A stretch of DNA of 64,000 bases. Source: Gammaproteobacteria bacterium (lineage in GTDB: Bacteria; Pseudomonadota; Gammaproteobacteria; Burkholderiales; Burkholderiaceae_C). Where the stretch lies: NCBI GenBank assembly GCA_018820395.1, contig JAHJOG010000032.1, forward strand, positions 15,276 to 79,275, in the 5' to 3' direction. The notes below the pieces were generated by a model. That model ran no database searches. It was given only the letters and a program-made list of their open reading frames with translations, and was not told the DNA's origin. The position numbers and the translations under genes were made by a program. Of the stretch, positions 18,224-27,276 are shown piece after piece (within the stretch, counting starts at the first letter, position 1; each line of letters begins with the position of its first letter).

Positions 18224-18381
18224 AGTGCGCGACCCTCTTGGACGCCCGGAGCCGGGCCGCTTTTCCTTGGAAGCCTCTGCCGCCAATCGTTTGATCCTGT
18301 TGCGATTGCAATTCGTTGAAGTTCGGAATCGTCAGTTTTACTGTTGCCGAGAATTTCTAAACGCTCCTCTAAGTCTTTCTT

Positions 18382-18657
18382 TCAGACGAGCGCTCTACTC
18401 ATCGGCGGCACCTTGCCTCCAAGGAACCCACGTATGGCCTGCTTTAGCAAGACAGGGATCTCGCCGCGCTCGGCCATGAGGAACAGCCAGAACCAGCGCT
18501 TTCGCTTGTCGTTCATCCGCAGCACCTGCGAGAGTTCGTCCAAGGTCAGGTGATTGTCGTACCAGTTGTCGTACAGCCAGTCGTGCGCCTCGCGCCAGGC
18601 GTCGAGCAGGCCGTCTGGGTAATTCGGGTACATGGCAACGTAGTTGGGGACTTTCAT
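18382..18657 (-). CDS. Hypothetical ~91-aa Trp/Tyr/Asp-rich protein
   Basis: 'MKVPNYVAMYPNYPDGLLDAWREAHDWLYDNWYDNHLTLDELSQVL...'. Lies 155 nt downstream of the eight-gene operon on the same strand. Confidence 0.4.
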   Translation of the reverse strand: MKVPNYVAMYPNYPDGLLDAWREAHDWLYDNWYDNHLTLDELSQVLRMNDKRKRWFWLFLMAERGEIPVLLKQAIRGFLGGKVPPMSRALV

Positions 18658-18818
18658 TTTCAAATGTCTCGGGGCAAGTTGATCTCGCAGCGTGTTGAGC
18701 TGTCATAGCCAACCACTGACCAAGACAGGTTGACACAGCAATGCTGGTTTAGAAGGATGTACAACTCTGGCATGAATGTCAGCCGTTGATGCCGACGGTC
18801 GCTCGTCCTTCGGCCTGG

Positions 18819-20918
18819 TCAAACCAAGCTCCTGGTTAAAACAAAGAGGTGGCGTTTTGCGCGAGTGGCTGCCACATGTAATAGTGATCGCTCAGCCACC
18901 TCAGTCTCACCAGAGACACCTGCGTCTTCCTCCCGCGCGAACAATCCGGCGTACTTAGTTGCGCCCTTGTACGCAGCGATGATCACTACACCGAATTCAA
19001 GCCCTTTGATGCGGTGCATGGTGGCCACGCGTACGCCGTGCGCGGACGGGTCATCGGGCGCCGACCGCTCCAAACGGAGCGTAGCCACCCCCGCCTTCTT
19101 CAGGCCGTCTGCGATAGAATCGACATCGTCGTTCGTGCGCGCGGCGATACACACTTGGCGCGGCTCGATTGAGTCATCGGCAAGTTGCTTCAGGATCGCC
19201 TTGATGTGCTTGATGTCGTCTTTTAGGGAAGACGACTCGATCACGTCTGGTCGATCGCCGTGCGTCAGGGAACGATACCCGCGCAGGGTGTCGATGTTGC
19301 CGTCCAAATCGTCGATCGCGCAGCCTTCCAGCTGTGCACAGGCCCAGCGGCGGATCTCGTCCGTTGTTCGGTAGTTCACCTTCAGGTTCCGACTGCGCCC
19401 ACGCACCTCGATCCCCACGCGACTAAGCACGACCTTGTGTCGATAGATGCGCTGGTGCGCGTCGCCGACGATGAACAGGTCATTTGCTGCGACGGGTACT
19501 GCCCCACGGATTAGTTCGAACGCCGCAGGACTGATGTCTTGTGCCTCATCAATCACCATGGCGCGAATGCCAAGTTCAGTCGCTTGGTCTGCCAAGAGCC
19601 GACGCGCATCGCGAAAGGACTCCTCTGGTTCACGAAGGTTCGCACCGTGCAGCTGCGCGCGGTACTCGGCGAACACCGGCCAGATCGCTTTCCTGGTGGC
19701 ACGTCCCAACTGCCCACCCCGACCAACTCGGCTGGCTCGCATGTAGTCCTCTGCGGTCTCGCATCCCTGTGGAAGTACCACACGCTCGTACTCAGCGCGC
19801 ATGAACTGCTGCGTCAGGTCCGCCGACGTCGGCATGGCCGACATTGCGGCCTGCCAGTAGCTGCGCCGCGCACTCTCGTCATACAGCAGCTCGGGCTTGT
19901 AGCCGAATCGTCGCAGCACCGTTGAGGCCCATTGGTCAAGATTGACGACCAGGATCTTCTCCAGCTCTTGCGGTGTGCAGAGCAGTTCCAAGTGCTGGCG
20001 AATGTCGTCCGACAGTGTTTTGGTAAACGTCGTGAAGACGACTGGCCTGCCTGGGAGCGTAGAAAACTGCCGTGCGAGTCGCGCTGCTCTGTGCATGGCA
20101 ACAACCGTCTTCCCGGTACCGGCACCGCCCGTGACCTTCACCGGCCCTGCCCAATCGCGCTCCACGAGCTTGCGCTGGCTGGGGTGCAGGAACACCCGCC
20201 AACGTTCAAGCGGTGCGGCAAGCAGCGCTTCCAGATCGCTGTCGTCGGTTAGCACGACAAAGTGGCGCTTGGTGGCGTCGCGATCCAGTGCCGCAACGAA
20301 ATCCGCGGGGTCGACGGTCTCCGTCGCAGTCTGGTCGGCGACGATCTTTTCATACGACTCACCGGCGGCGAACATGAACAACGCTTCGAACGCTTCGTCC
20401 GGGAGCTGCGGCTCCAGCGCCTCCAACTCCTCGTCTGAAGCTACCGCGCGTACGGCAGGCAGCATTTCGTCAGGCACGCCCAAGCGCCGAATCTCTCGGT
20501 CTTTGAGGCTGGCGAAGAGGCCCGTGGCCACCGCAGCCGCATCGGGCACAACGGCGGCCTCTGAGGTGGTCGCTGCCTCCACCGCATAAATTTGAATGCT
20601 GCCGACATCCGGGTGAATCGCAACGCGGTGGCGACGAGCCCACTGGTACGCATCGTCGTGACGGTCGACCCACAGGAGGCAATAGACGTTGCCCACATCC
20701 GGCTTCAGCACGATTCCACGAACGTTGTCGTTGACGCGAACCGATCGCATGTTCGGGTCCGCTGCATCGCGGATGCGTTCGTAGTTGATGCCGGAAGCCG
20801 TAGGGTTCTGCCTGAACTTGGCCACAAACGTCAGCACGGCTTGCTGCTGATCACGCGGCACGGCAGCGAACGACTTAAGGAAGTCATCAGACATCGCGAT
20901 CTTGGGTGCCAGCGACAT
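18819..20918 (-). CDS. UvrD-like SF1 helicase with an N-terminal RelE/ParE-fold-like domain
   Basis: N-terminus 'YERIRDAADPNMRSVRVNDNVRGIVLKPDVGNVYCLLWVDRHDDAYQWA' has a RelE/ParE-like pattern. Helicase motifs: 'VTGGAGTGKTVVAMHRAARLA', 'MVIDEAQDISP', 'LFIVGDAHQRIY', 'VATMHRIKGLEFGVVIIA' and 'LLHVAATRAKRHLFV'. AAGGAGG lies inside the preceding gene, and the start is 1 nt after the upstream stop. Confidence 0.85.
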   Translation of the reverse strand: MSLAPKIAMSDDFLKSFAAVPRDQQQAVLTFVAKFRQNPTASGINYERIRDAADPNMRSVRVNDNVRGIVLKPDVGNVYCLLWVDRHDDAYQWARRHRVAIHPDVGSIQIYAVEAATTSEAAVVPDAAAVATGLFASLKDREIRRLGVPDEMLPAVRAVASDEELEALEPQLPDEAFEALFMFAAGESYEKIVADQTATETVDPADFVAALDRDATKRHFVVLTDDSDLEALLAAPLERWRVFLHPSQRKLVERDWAGPVKVTGGAGTGKTVVAMHRAARLARQFSTLPGRPVVFTTFTKTLSDDIRQHLELLCTPQELEKILVVNLDQWASTVLRRFGYKPELLYDESARRSYWQAAMSAMPTSADLTQQFMRAEYERVVLPQGCETAEDYMRASRVGRGGQLGRATRKAIWPVFAEYRAQLHGANLREPEESFRDARRLLADQATELGIRAMVIDEAQDISPAAFELIRGAVPVAANDLFIVGDAHQRIYRHKVVLSRVGIEVRGRSRNLKVNYRTTDEIRRWACAQLEGCAIDDLDGNIDTLRGYRSLTHGDRPDVIESSSLKDDIKHIKAILKQLADDSIEPRQVCIAARTNDDVDSIADGLKKAGVATLRLERSAPDDPSAHGVRVATMHRIKGLEFGVVIIAAYKGATKYAGLFAREEDAGVSGETEVAERSLLHVAATRAKRHLFVLTRSLV

Positions 20919-20919
20919 G

Positions 20920-23900
20920 CTAGGCCTCCTTCAGGTTGTTCATCAATGCCACGGGCAACGGGCCCTCGGTCACCACAAAGCAAGTCCACCCAGCGGATTC
21001 GAATTTGGCCTCGGCCCCTGCATCCGGCAACAGGATGGTGACCCGAACTGCCGGCCAGGCCATCTCTGATTCGGCAACGATGCGCCCCTTGTCATCCAGC
21101 AGTTCGTAGCCGACCTGCGGTGCGGGCAGACCTGCGACGGCCAGGGCATGGGCCCAAGCTTGAGTCTCGCGCAGTACTAAGCTCAACGCCTCCACCCACG
21201 CGGCAGGCAGGCCGCTGGTCTGCTGCTGCAACACCGGTGCGTTTTGCAGCGCCTCCAGGCCTGGCATATCGTCAGCGCCGGCCCAAACGTGCCGGAGTGG
21301 CAGCAACAGATTCATGCACTGCCAGAGCTGTTGCCAGCGGGCTTGGCGTTCGGCTTCCGGCACAGAGTCGGGGGCCCACTCAACCACGAGCATGGGTTCG
21401 TGCTGCAGAGCACCGGTGCCCTTCATCAATTCGCTGAGATGATCGGGGTGGCTGCCCGCAACAAGCCGCACCACGCTTCCAAGCTGCCGAACTCCAAGGC
21501 GATGCTTGTTGTAGTCCGGCAGCAGCGACAGCTCTTCCAGCCGGTGCCAGAAGGCACCCTGGCGCATCGCCGCGAGCACAGTCGTATCCCCAGGTGGCAT
21601 GACCAAGCCGATCGCGAGCGCAACGCCGAGCTTTCGCATCTCTTCGTGGCGCCATTCGCTTAGTCGCTGATGAAGCTGCATGAACGGGGACAGAGACTTG
21701 AAACCGTTGGCGGCGACCGGCAGGCCTTGTACTTCACACATCTTGGGCACGACGTTGCCACCGCCCTCGATCAGGAGCGTTGGCCAGGGTGACGGCGTCG
21801 CCGAGTCTTTGCCCTGCAGCACAGTCTCGATGTCGTCCCAGGTCAGCGTCCAGACGGAGAATTCCCCACTCTTGGCGACGGCCATGCGCTTGGCCAGGTC
21901 GAGCGGGATCGAGTCCTTGTGGAACTGCCATCCGTCAAGGAAGACGGCGATCGGCAGATCCTCTGCGCCGTCGTCTGGCCAGAGCACGAAGTCCGGCTTG
22001 CAGGCCACGACAACGCCGCCGCTGTCAGCCAGATTCACCTGCAGTTCCACCCGCCAGCGGCGGTTGTCGGCCTGCAGTTGGTACCCAGGCTTGCCCTTGA
22101 ACAGCACCTCCGTCAGGCTGTAGCGCTTGCCGCCATGCTCGCGCCGCAGGGCCTCAATGAAGCGCTTCTCCAGCGTGCTGTCAAAGAGCTGGTTTCCGGT
22201 CTGCACGCCCGACAGGTTGGCCACCTGCTTCAGCGATCCCTTGTGCTGCACCACCTCGCTCAACAGCTTCTGAGCGATTCGGCGCGAGACTGATTCCCGG
22301 TCGTAGCTGTTGTGATACGCGTAAACGCAGTGATAGCAACCATCCGCCTCGGCATCCTGGTTGCAGACGCACTCGTTCAACGCCTGAAGGGCCAGTTCCA
22401 GTACCTCCAGTAGCGGCTCGGGGGCCCGCATCAGTTCCTTCAAGTAGCCGGTTCCGCCAGGTACGCTGTCATAGATCACCAAGTAGCACCGAGGTATCTC
22501 TTGCCCTGCGGCCATTCGGATGTCCAGCGCGATGCGAAGGTGATCGACCGCCCCGCGGAAGCGCCGCGTGAGTCCCAGCTCCAACGCTGAGACGAAGCTC
22601 AACAATCGCTCTTCCGTATCGCCAAATCCCACTTCGGGCAGGAACAGTCGGATGCCCTCGCTCGCGAACTCTCGGTACAGAAACACGCACTGCTGCGCAC
22701 TTGCCTCCGGGTCCTTGCGCTTAGAACAGTACGGCGCGTGATTGCGGTACATATCCTCGGCCTTGCGGCGCCGTTGAATCGTGCCGCACTCAGGGCAGAT
22801 GCTGAACCCCGGCCGGTTCATCTCGGCACCTGCGATGGCCATCGGGGAGGCATCGGGTGCCTGCTCGCCGAAGTTCACTTCGCGGAAGGTCACCTTGTCC
22901 AGAAACTCGAAACCGAATGGGAACTCCGGCTTGTCAATCACGTAGGCATCGCGCACAGCATCGGGCGGGCTGTCCACCAACGCCTGGCGAACGTAGAACC
23001 CGCGGTGCCGCTCGTCCGAGTCATCGGCAATCCGACTGTCCCGGTCTAGCGTTCGTGCGAAGACCGTCGTGAGCTTCAGCATCTCACGCACTCGCCCGCT
23101 GTCGCGCCACATCGTGTCGCCGCAGCGCGGGCAGTTGGTGTGGTGGTCGCCTGAAGAAAGCGGCTCGGTATATGAGCATTGTCTGCAGAACCGCCACGCC
23201 TCGGGCTTGATCTTGGAAACGTCCACCTGGTTCACCACCACACGTCGCCCTTCGGCGTAGAAGGTGTTGTTGGGTGCCAGCTCGGTGATGGCGGAGGCAC
23301 TTGGGCGCTCGTACTCGAAGGTCAACGGATCAGGTACTCCGCCGCCGGGCTTGGCTTCGCGCACGATGATCGAACGCAGCAACACCCCCTGCTCAGGAAA
23401 CGCATAGTTGGGCAGCAGGCCCTCGTCGGTCAGTACGTTCAGCGTCGCCTTGCCCTCGATGCTGCCGACCAGGCGCGAAAGCGCCGTTCGCTCTTGCATC
23501 AAGCGCACCAACTCAGCCTCGTCTTCCTCACCGCGCACGGCCAGGGCCTGGAGCTTTTCAATCTCCTTTTTTGTGCGCTCGGCTTGCCGCTTTAGCTCGT
23601 CTACGTCCTTTGCGATGCCATTGAGCTTGTCGATGATTTTCCAGCCCAATGAGCCAGGCTGGTCCTTGCTGCCGTTGATGAATTTCGACAGCCAGTCTTG
23701 CGTCGATTCGGTCAGCGGGTTCCTGTCTGCCTGATTGAACAGGCGCACAAACCGGTCCAGAAGCTCGCCCCGATGCTGCTCGACAAAGTTCAGCCACTGA
23801 TACGGGAACTTCAACATCGCCTGCCCGCGAATCGCGTTGAAGACTGAGCGAATTTCGCCTGGAATGACCCCTGCCTTGCCAGACTCCCGGACCCAGCAAT

Positions 23901-26900
23901 CCAACGTGAAGGCGGTCAACTGCCGTTCCAGGACGGCGGACGCATTGAGAAACACGCCAGGCGCATTCACGCTGCCGGCCATCATCTCTCTGGGCTCTTC
24001 CCAGAAGAACAGATCGTGCGGGCGGCTGGCCGCCATGGTCATCAGCAGCGCATTGCCGGTGCTCCGGCCTGCACGTCCGGCGCGCTGCACATAGTTGGCT
24101 TGCGTCGGCGGCACGGAACACAACAACGTCGACGACAACTCGCCGATGTCGATGCCCATCTCCAAGGTTGGCGTCGCTGAGAGAACGTTAATGCCGCCAG
24201 GCCTGTCGCTGTCGGACTTGAAGTCGCGCTCCACGCGCTCGCGCGTTTCGCGGGGAAGCAGGCCCGTGTGCTCATGAGCAACGACCCGTTGAATCTCTGC
24301 GGTGAGATACAGCTTGCGGTAGAAGTCGCCCCAACCACCATCGGCATGCAGGCCGCCCTTACATCCGGTGCGCCGGCAAGGCTGATCGTCGAAGTCCTCG
24401 GACAGCCCCGATAGCACCTCGTTGTGGCAGGTGGCGCACCGCCACTTGCGCCCGCCCAACTCGACCCTAAAGGCGGCCGGCGCTAGCCCCCAGACGTGAA
24501 TCTCGGGCTTGTCCAGCGCTTGCTCGTTGGCCGCCAGGCCCGCCTCAGACAGCGCGTCAAGTGCCAGGCGATAGACGTCGCGCACGACCTGCTCCGCGCC
24601 CAGCGCGACCAGGTTCAACTCCTGCAACGCCTTGAACGCCCAATCCTTGAAGACGCGCGACTCATCGCGATCGATGCTCGTGCACAGCTGGTACTCGGGC
24701 AGCGTCAAGAACCGCGGTGGCCTAGGTCCCGACAGCATCTTTTCTTGGCTGGGGTTTTTCCTGTAGGCCTGCGGTCGGCAACCGACGCGCGCGAAGAAGG
24801 CCAGCATCGGGTCACGCCAGGCACCGATGCGCTGCATCTCGCCAATCAGCCCACGCAGGAATACGCTGACCTCCTCGGGCGTCACGCCCTTCAGGACTTC
24901 CACCTGCTCGCGCAGGCGGACCCGCAGCCAGTCGATGGCGGTAGCCATTGCGTCGGACGCAGGGGTGACGCACGCCGTTCCGGTCGCCACCAAGGTACGC
25001 CCCACATGTGCGTCCTGTCCAAACTCGGCGTTGACAACCCACGGCACCACCTGCGCCATCTGCACCGGCACCTGGCTGCCGTTTGGAAGCTCGCCGGTGG
25101 TCATCAGCGCGTCTACATCCCGCATCCAGTGCAGCTGCGGCGGCAGGAAGTTCGCCACATAGTGGTTATCGCCCAAAGTGGCCCGCCACTGCGCTTCAAA
25201 GGCTTTGGGCAACTGCGCCAGCGTCAAGGGCTGTCCAGTCGCGACGGAGGCTGCGATGGTCTGTGCCAACGCTGGACGCAGGTTCAAGCGCCAGGTGCGT
25301 GCGGCCAGGAACCCAGCCCTGTGCGCAGCGTCCTGCACCGAGTCTGAAAACGCGATGAGCTTCTTGTCCTGGTTGTACCCACTGCTGAAGAGTTGTCCCA
25401 CCATTACGGCCGCCAAGCTGGCCGCCTGCGAACCCACGATGGTCAACGTGTTGTGCCCGCCACAGTACGGGCAGTTGTGATGCGATTTGGTGAACGGGGC
25501 GCCGTTGCGCATGCCCTGCTTGAGGTTGGCCGTGATGTCCACCGCCAGCAGCGTCTCGTGCCCGCAGTGCGAACAACCCTGCTGCGTAACGGGGTGCAAG
25601 GTTCCGCATCGGGGGCAAACCTGATTTCGCTCGAAGACGCGTCGGTCCGCGGCCGGCGTTGCCGGAAACAGGAAGCGCGTAGACACGTCCTCGCCGAAGA
25701 ACGCGCTGTAGAAGAGGCGCAGGTCCTGCTGCAGTTGGTTCGGGCTGGTCTTGGGCAGCGTTGCGCCCCACCCGGTGGCGTGGCAGTCACGGCAGTGGAT
25801 CACCGGCAAGTGCTGATGATCCTTGTCGGCTTTGCCTAGATCGTCGTGGTGCCGAAGCACCGGCTGCGCATCCACCTTGGCCACCATGCGCCGCAGTTCA
25901 CGCTGCCAGATCTCAACCTTCACCTGAAGGAAGAAATCCTGATGACCCGGCTTTCTGGCATGCGCCACCAGCGCGAGCAGGCTGGACAGCCACAGCAGCA
26001 CGAATCGCTCACTCGACGCGTCACTCTGGCGCTTGGGCAATCGTCTGCGCAAAAGCGCCAGCAGGTCATCGACGGGCACAGACTTCGGCCCGAGCCGGTC
26101 CAGGTCCCGAAGCAGATTTTGGAATGCGAAGTGGCTCTTCAGCCGTCGGCCCAGCTCGCAACGTCGTTCGAAGTCCCAAGCAGCATCCGATGAAGCCGTC
26201 TCGTCGAACCAAAGCCCTGCCTGCACCGCGAGGTATGCGTGGAGATTGGGATGGTTGGCCGGGTCCAGGCGCTCCTCGTCGGCGGGCTGCGGGCTAATGG
26301 TGTACTCCACCACGGCGTCACTCAGGTAGTCGCCTACTGCCACACGGTCTTCGCCGATCACGGCGTCGGCATCCATGGCTTCGCCAAAGATGTCGCGAGC
26401 GAAGTTCAGCAGGCTGTCACCACCTCCGTCGCCCAGCGTGGCCGAGGTACCCACACACACCAGCTGACCGGGCGCGGCTCCCAGCCGGCCCTTCAGTCGG
26501 CGAATCAGACAGGCCAAGTCCGTGCCCTGTGCGCCGTCGAAAGTGTGCAGCTCGTCCACCACCAGGTAGCGCAGCGTGTCTGGGCGTTGCTGCGCCCAAA
26601 GCGGAACGTCGGCTGCACGCAGCAGCAGAAAGTCCAGCATCTTGTAGTTGGTCAACAAGATGTCCGGTGGATTTGCTCTCAGGGCGTCGCGATCGGTGAT
26701 AACCGTGAACGTATTTGGGTCCAACTCCTTGACAGTGCTGGACTCCTCCGCGGGCGTGTCACCGACATAAAGACCGGCACGCACCCCGGCCAGCGCTGCC
26801 GTCTTCACAATGGTCTTCGCTACGCGCCCAGCTTGGTCGGTGGCCAAGGCGTTCATCGGGTACAGGATGATCGCCTTGATGCCGGGCCGCCCTTCACCTC

Positions 26901-27258
26901 GTGCTTGGCGGCAGTGCTCCAGGATGGGGTACAGGAAGCACTCCGTCTTGCCCGAGCCCGTGCCTGTTGCGACCAGGGTAGAGCGCGCGTCCGCGCCCGC
27001 CAGCCGGTCGAAGGCCTTGGCTTGATGGGCGTGGGGCTTGAAGTCGTCAGTGAGCCAACTGAACAATGGTTTGCTCTGCTCCGGACCTGAGCTATAGGGG
27101 AGCGGTACAGTGAGGTACGGCCCTTTGAAGATGTTGTCGCGCTGCTGCAGGAAGCGCTCCAGTAAGCCGATGAACCCGGGTGTGGTGGAAGGGAATGCCG
27201 TGCGCAGAAAGTCAGCGACCCCTTGAGTGACTTGTTGCGCAACGATTAGAGGCTGCAT
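20920..27258 (-). CDS. Giant (2112 aa) DEAD/DEAH-box helicase with Zn ribbons, a DUF1998-like module and a C-terminal PD-(D/E)xK/Vsr-like domain (DruE-like or DrmA+DrmB-like)
   Basis: 'VATGTGSGKTECFLYPIL', 'YLVVDELHTFDG', 'VGTSATLG' and 'SATPTLEMGIDIGELSSTLLCSVPPTQANYVQRAGRAGR'. CxxC pairs 'CRDCHATGW', 'CPRCGTLH...CSHCGH' and 'CPYCGG'. DUF1998-like 'CRQCSYTE...CPRCGD', 'YDSVPGGTGYLKEL' and 'CYHCVYAYHNSY'. The tail is 'CKPDFVLWPDDGAEDLPIAVFLDGWQFHKD' (DNA ~21914-22006). Confidence 0.9.
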   Translation of the reverse strand: MQPLIVAQQVTQGVADFLRTAFPSTTPGFIGLLERFLQQRDNIFKGPYLTVPLPYSSGPEQSKPLFSWLTDDFKPHAHQAKAFDRLAGADARSTLVATGTGSGKTECFLYPILEHCRQARGEGRPGIKAIILYPMNALATDQAGRVAKTIVKTAALAGVRAGLYVGDTPAEESSTVKELDPNTFTVITDRDALRANPPDILLTNYKMLDFLLLRAADVPLWAQQRPDTLRYLVVDELHTFDGAQGTDLACLIRRLKGRLGAAPGQLVCVGTSATLGDGGGDSLLNFARDIFGEAMDADAVIGEDRVAVGDYLSDAVVEYTISPQPADEERLDPANHPNLHAYLAVQAGLWFDETASSDAAWDFERRCELGRRLKSHFAFQNLLRDLDRLGPKSVPVDDLLALLRRRLPKRQSDASSERFVLLWLSSLLALVAHARKPGHQDFFLQVKVEIWQRELRRMVAKVDAQPVLRHHDDLGKADKDHQHLPVIHCRDCHATGWGATLPKTSPNQLQQDLRLFYSAFFGEDVSTRFLFPATPAADRRVFERNQVCPRCGTLHPVTQQGCSHCGHETLLAVDITANLKQGMRNGAPFTKSHHNCPYCGGHNTLTIVGSQAASLAAVMVGQLFSSGYNQDKKLIAFSDSVQDAAHRAGFLAARTWRLNLRPALAQTIAASVATGQPLTLAQLPKAFEAQWRATLGDNHYVANFLPPQLHWMRDVDALMTTGELPNGSQVPVQMAQVVPWVVNAEFGQDAHVGRTLVATGTACVTPASDAMATAIDWLRVRLREQVEVLKGVTPEEVSVFLRGLIGEMQRIGAWRDPMLAFFARVGCRPQAYRKNPSQEKMLSGPRPPRFLTLPEYQLCTSIDRDESRVFKDWAFKALQELNLVALGAEQVVRDVYRLALDALSEAGLAANEQALDKPEIHVWGLAPAAFRVELGGRKWRCATCHNEVLSGLSEDFDDQPCRRTGCKGGLHADGGWGDFYRKLYLTAEIQRVVAHEHTGLLPRETRERVERDFKSDSDRPGGINVLSATPTLEMGIDIGELSSTLLCSVPPTQANYVQRAGRAGRSTGNALLMTMAASRPHDLFFWEEPREMMAGSVNAPGVFLNASAVLERQLTAFTLDCWVRESGKAGVIPGEIRSVFNAIRGQAMLKFPYQWLNFVEQHRGELLDRFVRLFNQADRNPLTESTQDWLSKFINGSKDQPGSLGWKIIDKLNGIAKDVDELKRQAERTKKEIEKLQALAVRGEEDEAELVRLMQERTALSRLVGSIEGKATLNVLTDEGLLPNYAFPEQGVLLRSIIVREAKPGGGVPDPLTFEYERPSASAITELAPNNTFYAEGRRVVVNQVDVSKIKPEAWRFCRQCSYTEPLSSGDHHTNCPRCGDTMWRDSGRVREMLKLTTVFARTLDRDSRIADDSDERHRGFYVRQALVDSPPDAVRDAYVIDKPEFPFGFEFLDKVTFREVNFGEQAPDASPMAIAGAEMNRPGFSICPECGTIQRRRKAEDMYRNHAPYCSKRKDPEASAQQCVFLYREFASEGIRLFLPEVGFGDTEERLLSFVSALELGLTRRFRGAVDHLRIALDIRMAAGQEIPRCYLVIYDSVPGGTGYLKELMRAPEPLLEVLELALQALNECVCNQDAEADGCYHCVYAYHNSYDRESVSRRIAQKLLSEVVQHKGSLKQVANLSGVQTGNQLFDSTLEKRFIEALRREHGGKRYSLTEVLFKGKPGYQLQADNRRWRVELQVNLADSGGVVVACKPDFVLWPDDGAEDLPIAVFLDGWQFHKDSIPLDLAKRMAVAKSGEFSVWTLTWDDIETVLQGKDSATPSPWPTLLIEGGGNVVPKMCEVQGLPVAANGFKSLSPFMQLHQRLSEWRHEEMRKLGVALAIGLVMPPGDTTVLAAMRQGAFWHRLEELSLLPDYNKHRLGVRQLGSVVRLVAGSHPDHLSELMKGTGALQHEPMLVVEWAPDSVPEAERQARWQQLWQCMNLLLPLRHVWAGADDMPGLEALQNAPVLQQQTSGLPAAWVEALSLVLRETQAWAHALAVAGLPAPQVGYELLDDKGRIVAESEMAWPAVRVTILLPDAGAEAKFESAGWTCFVVTEGPLPVALMNNLKEA

Positions 27259-27276
27259 TGGTTGGCGCTCCTTGGC

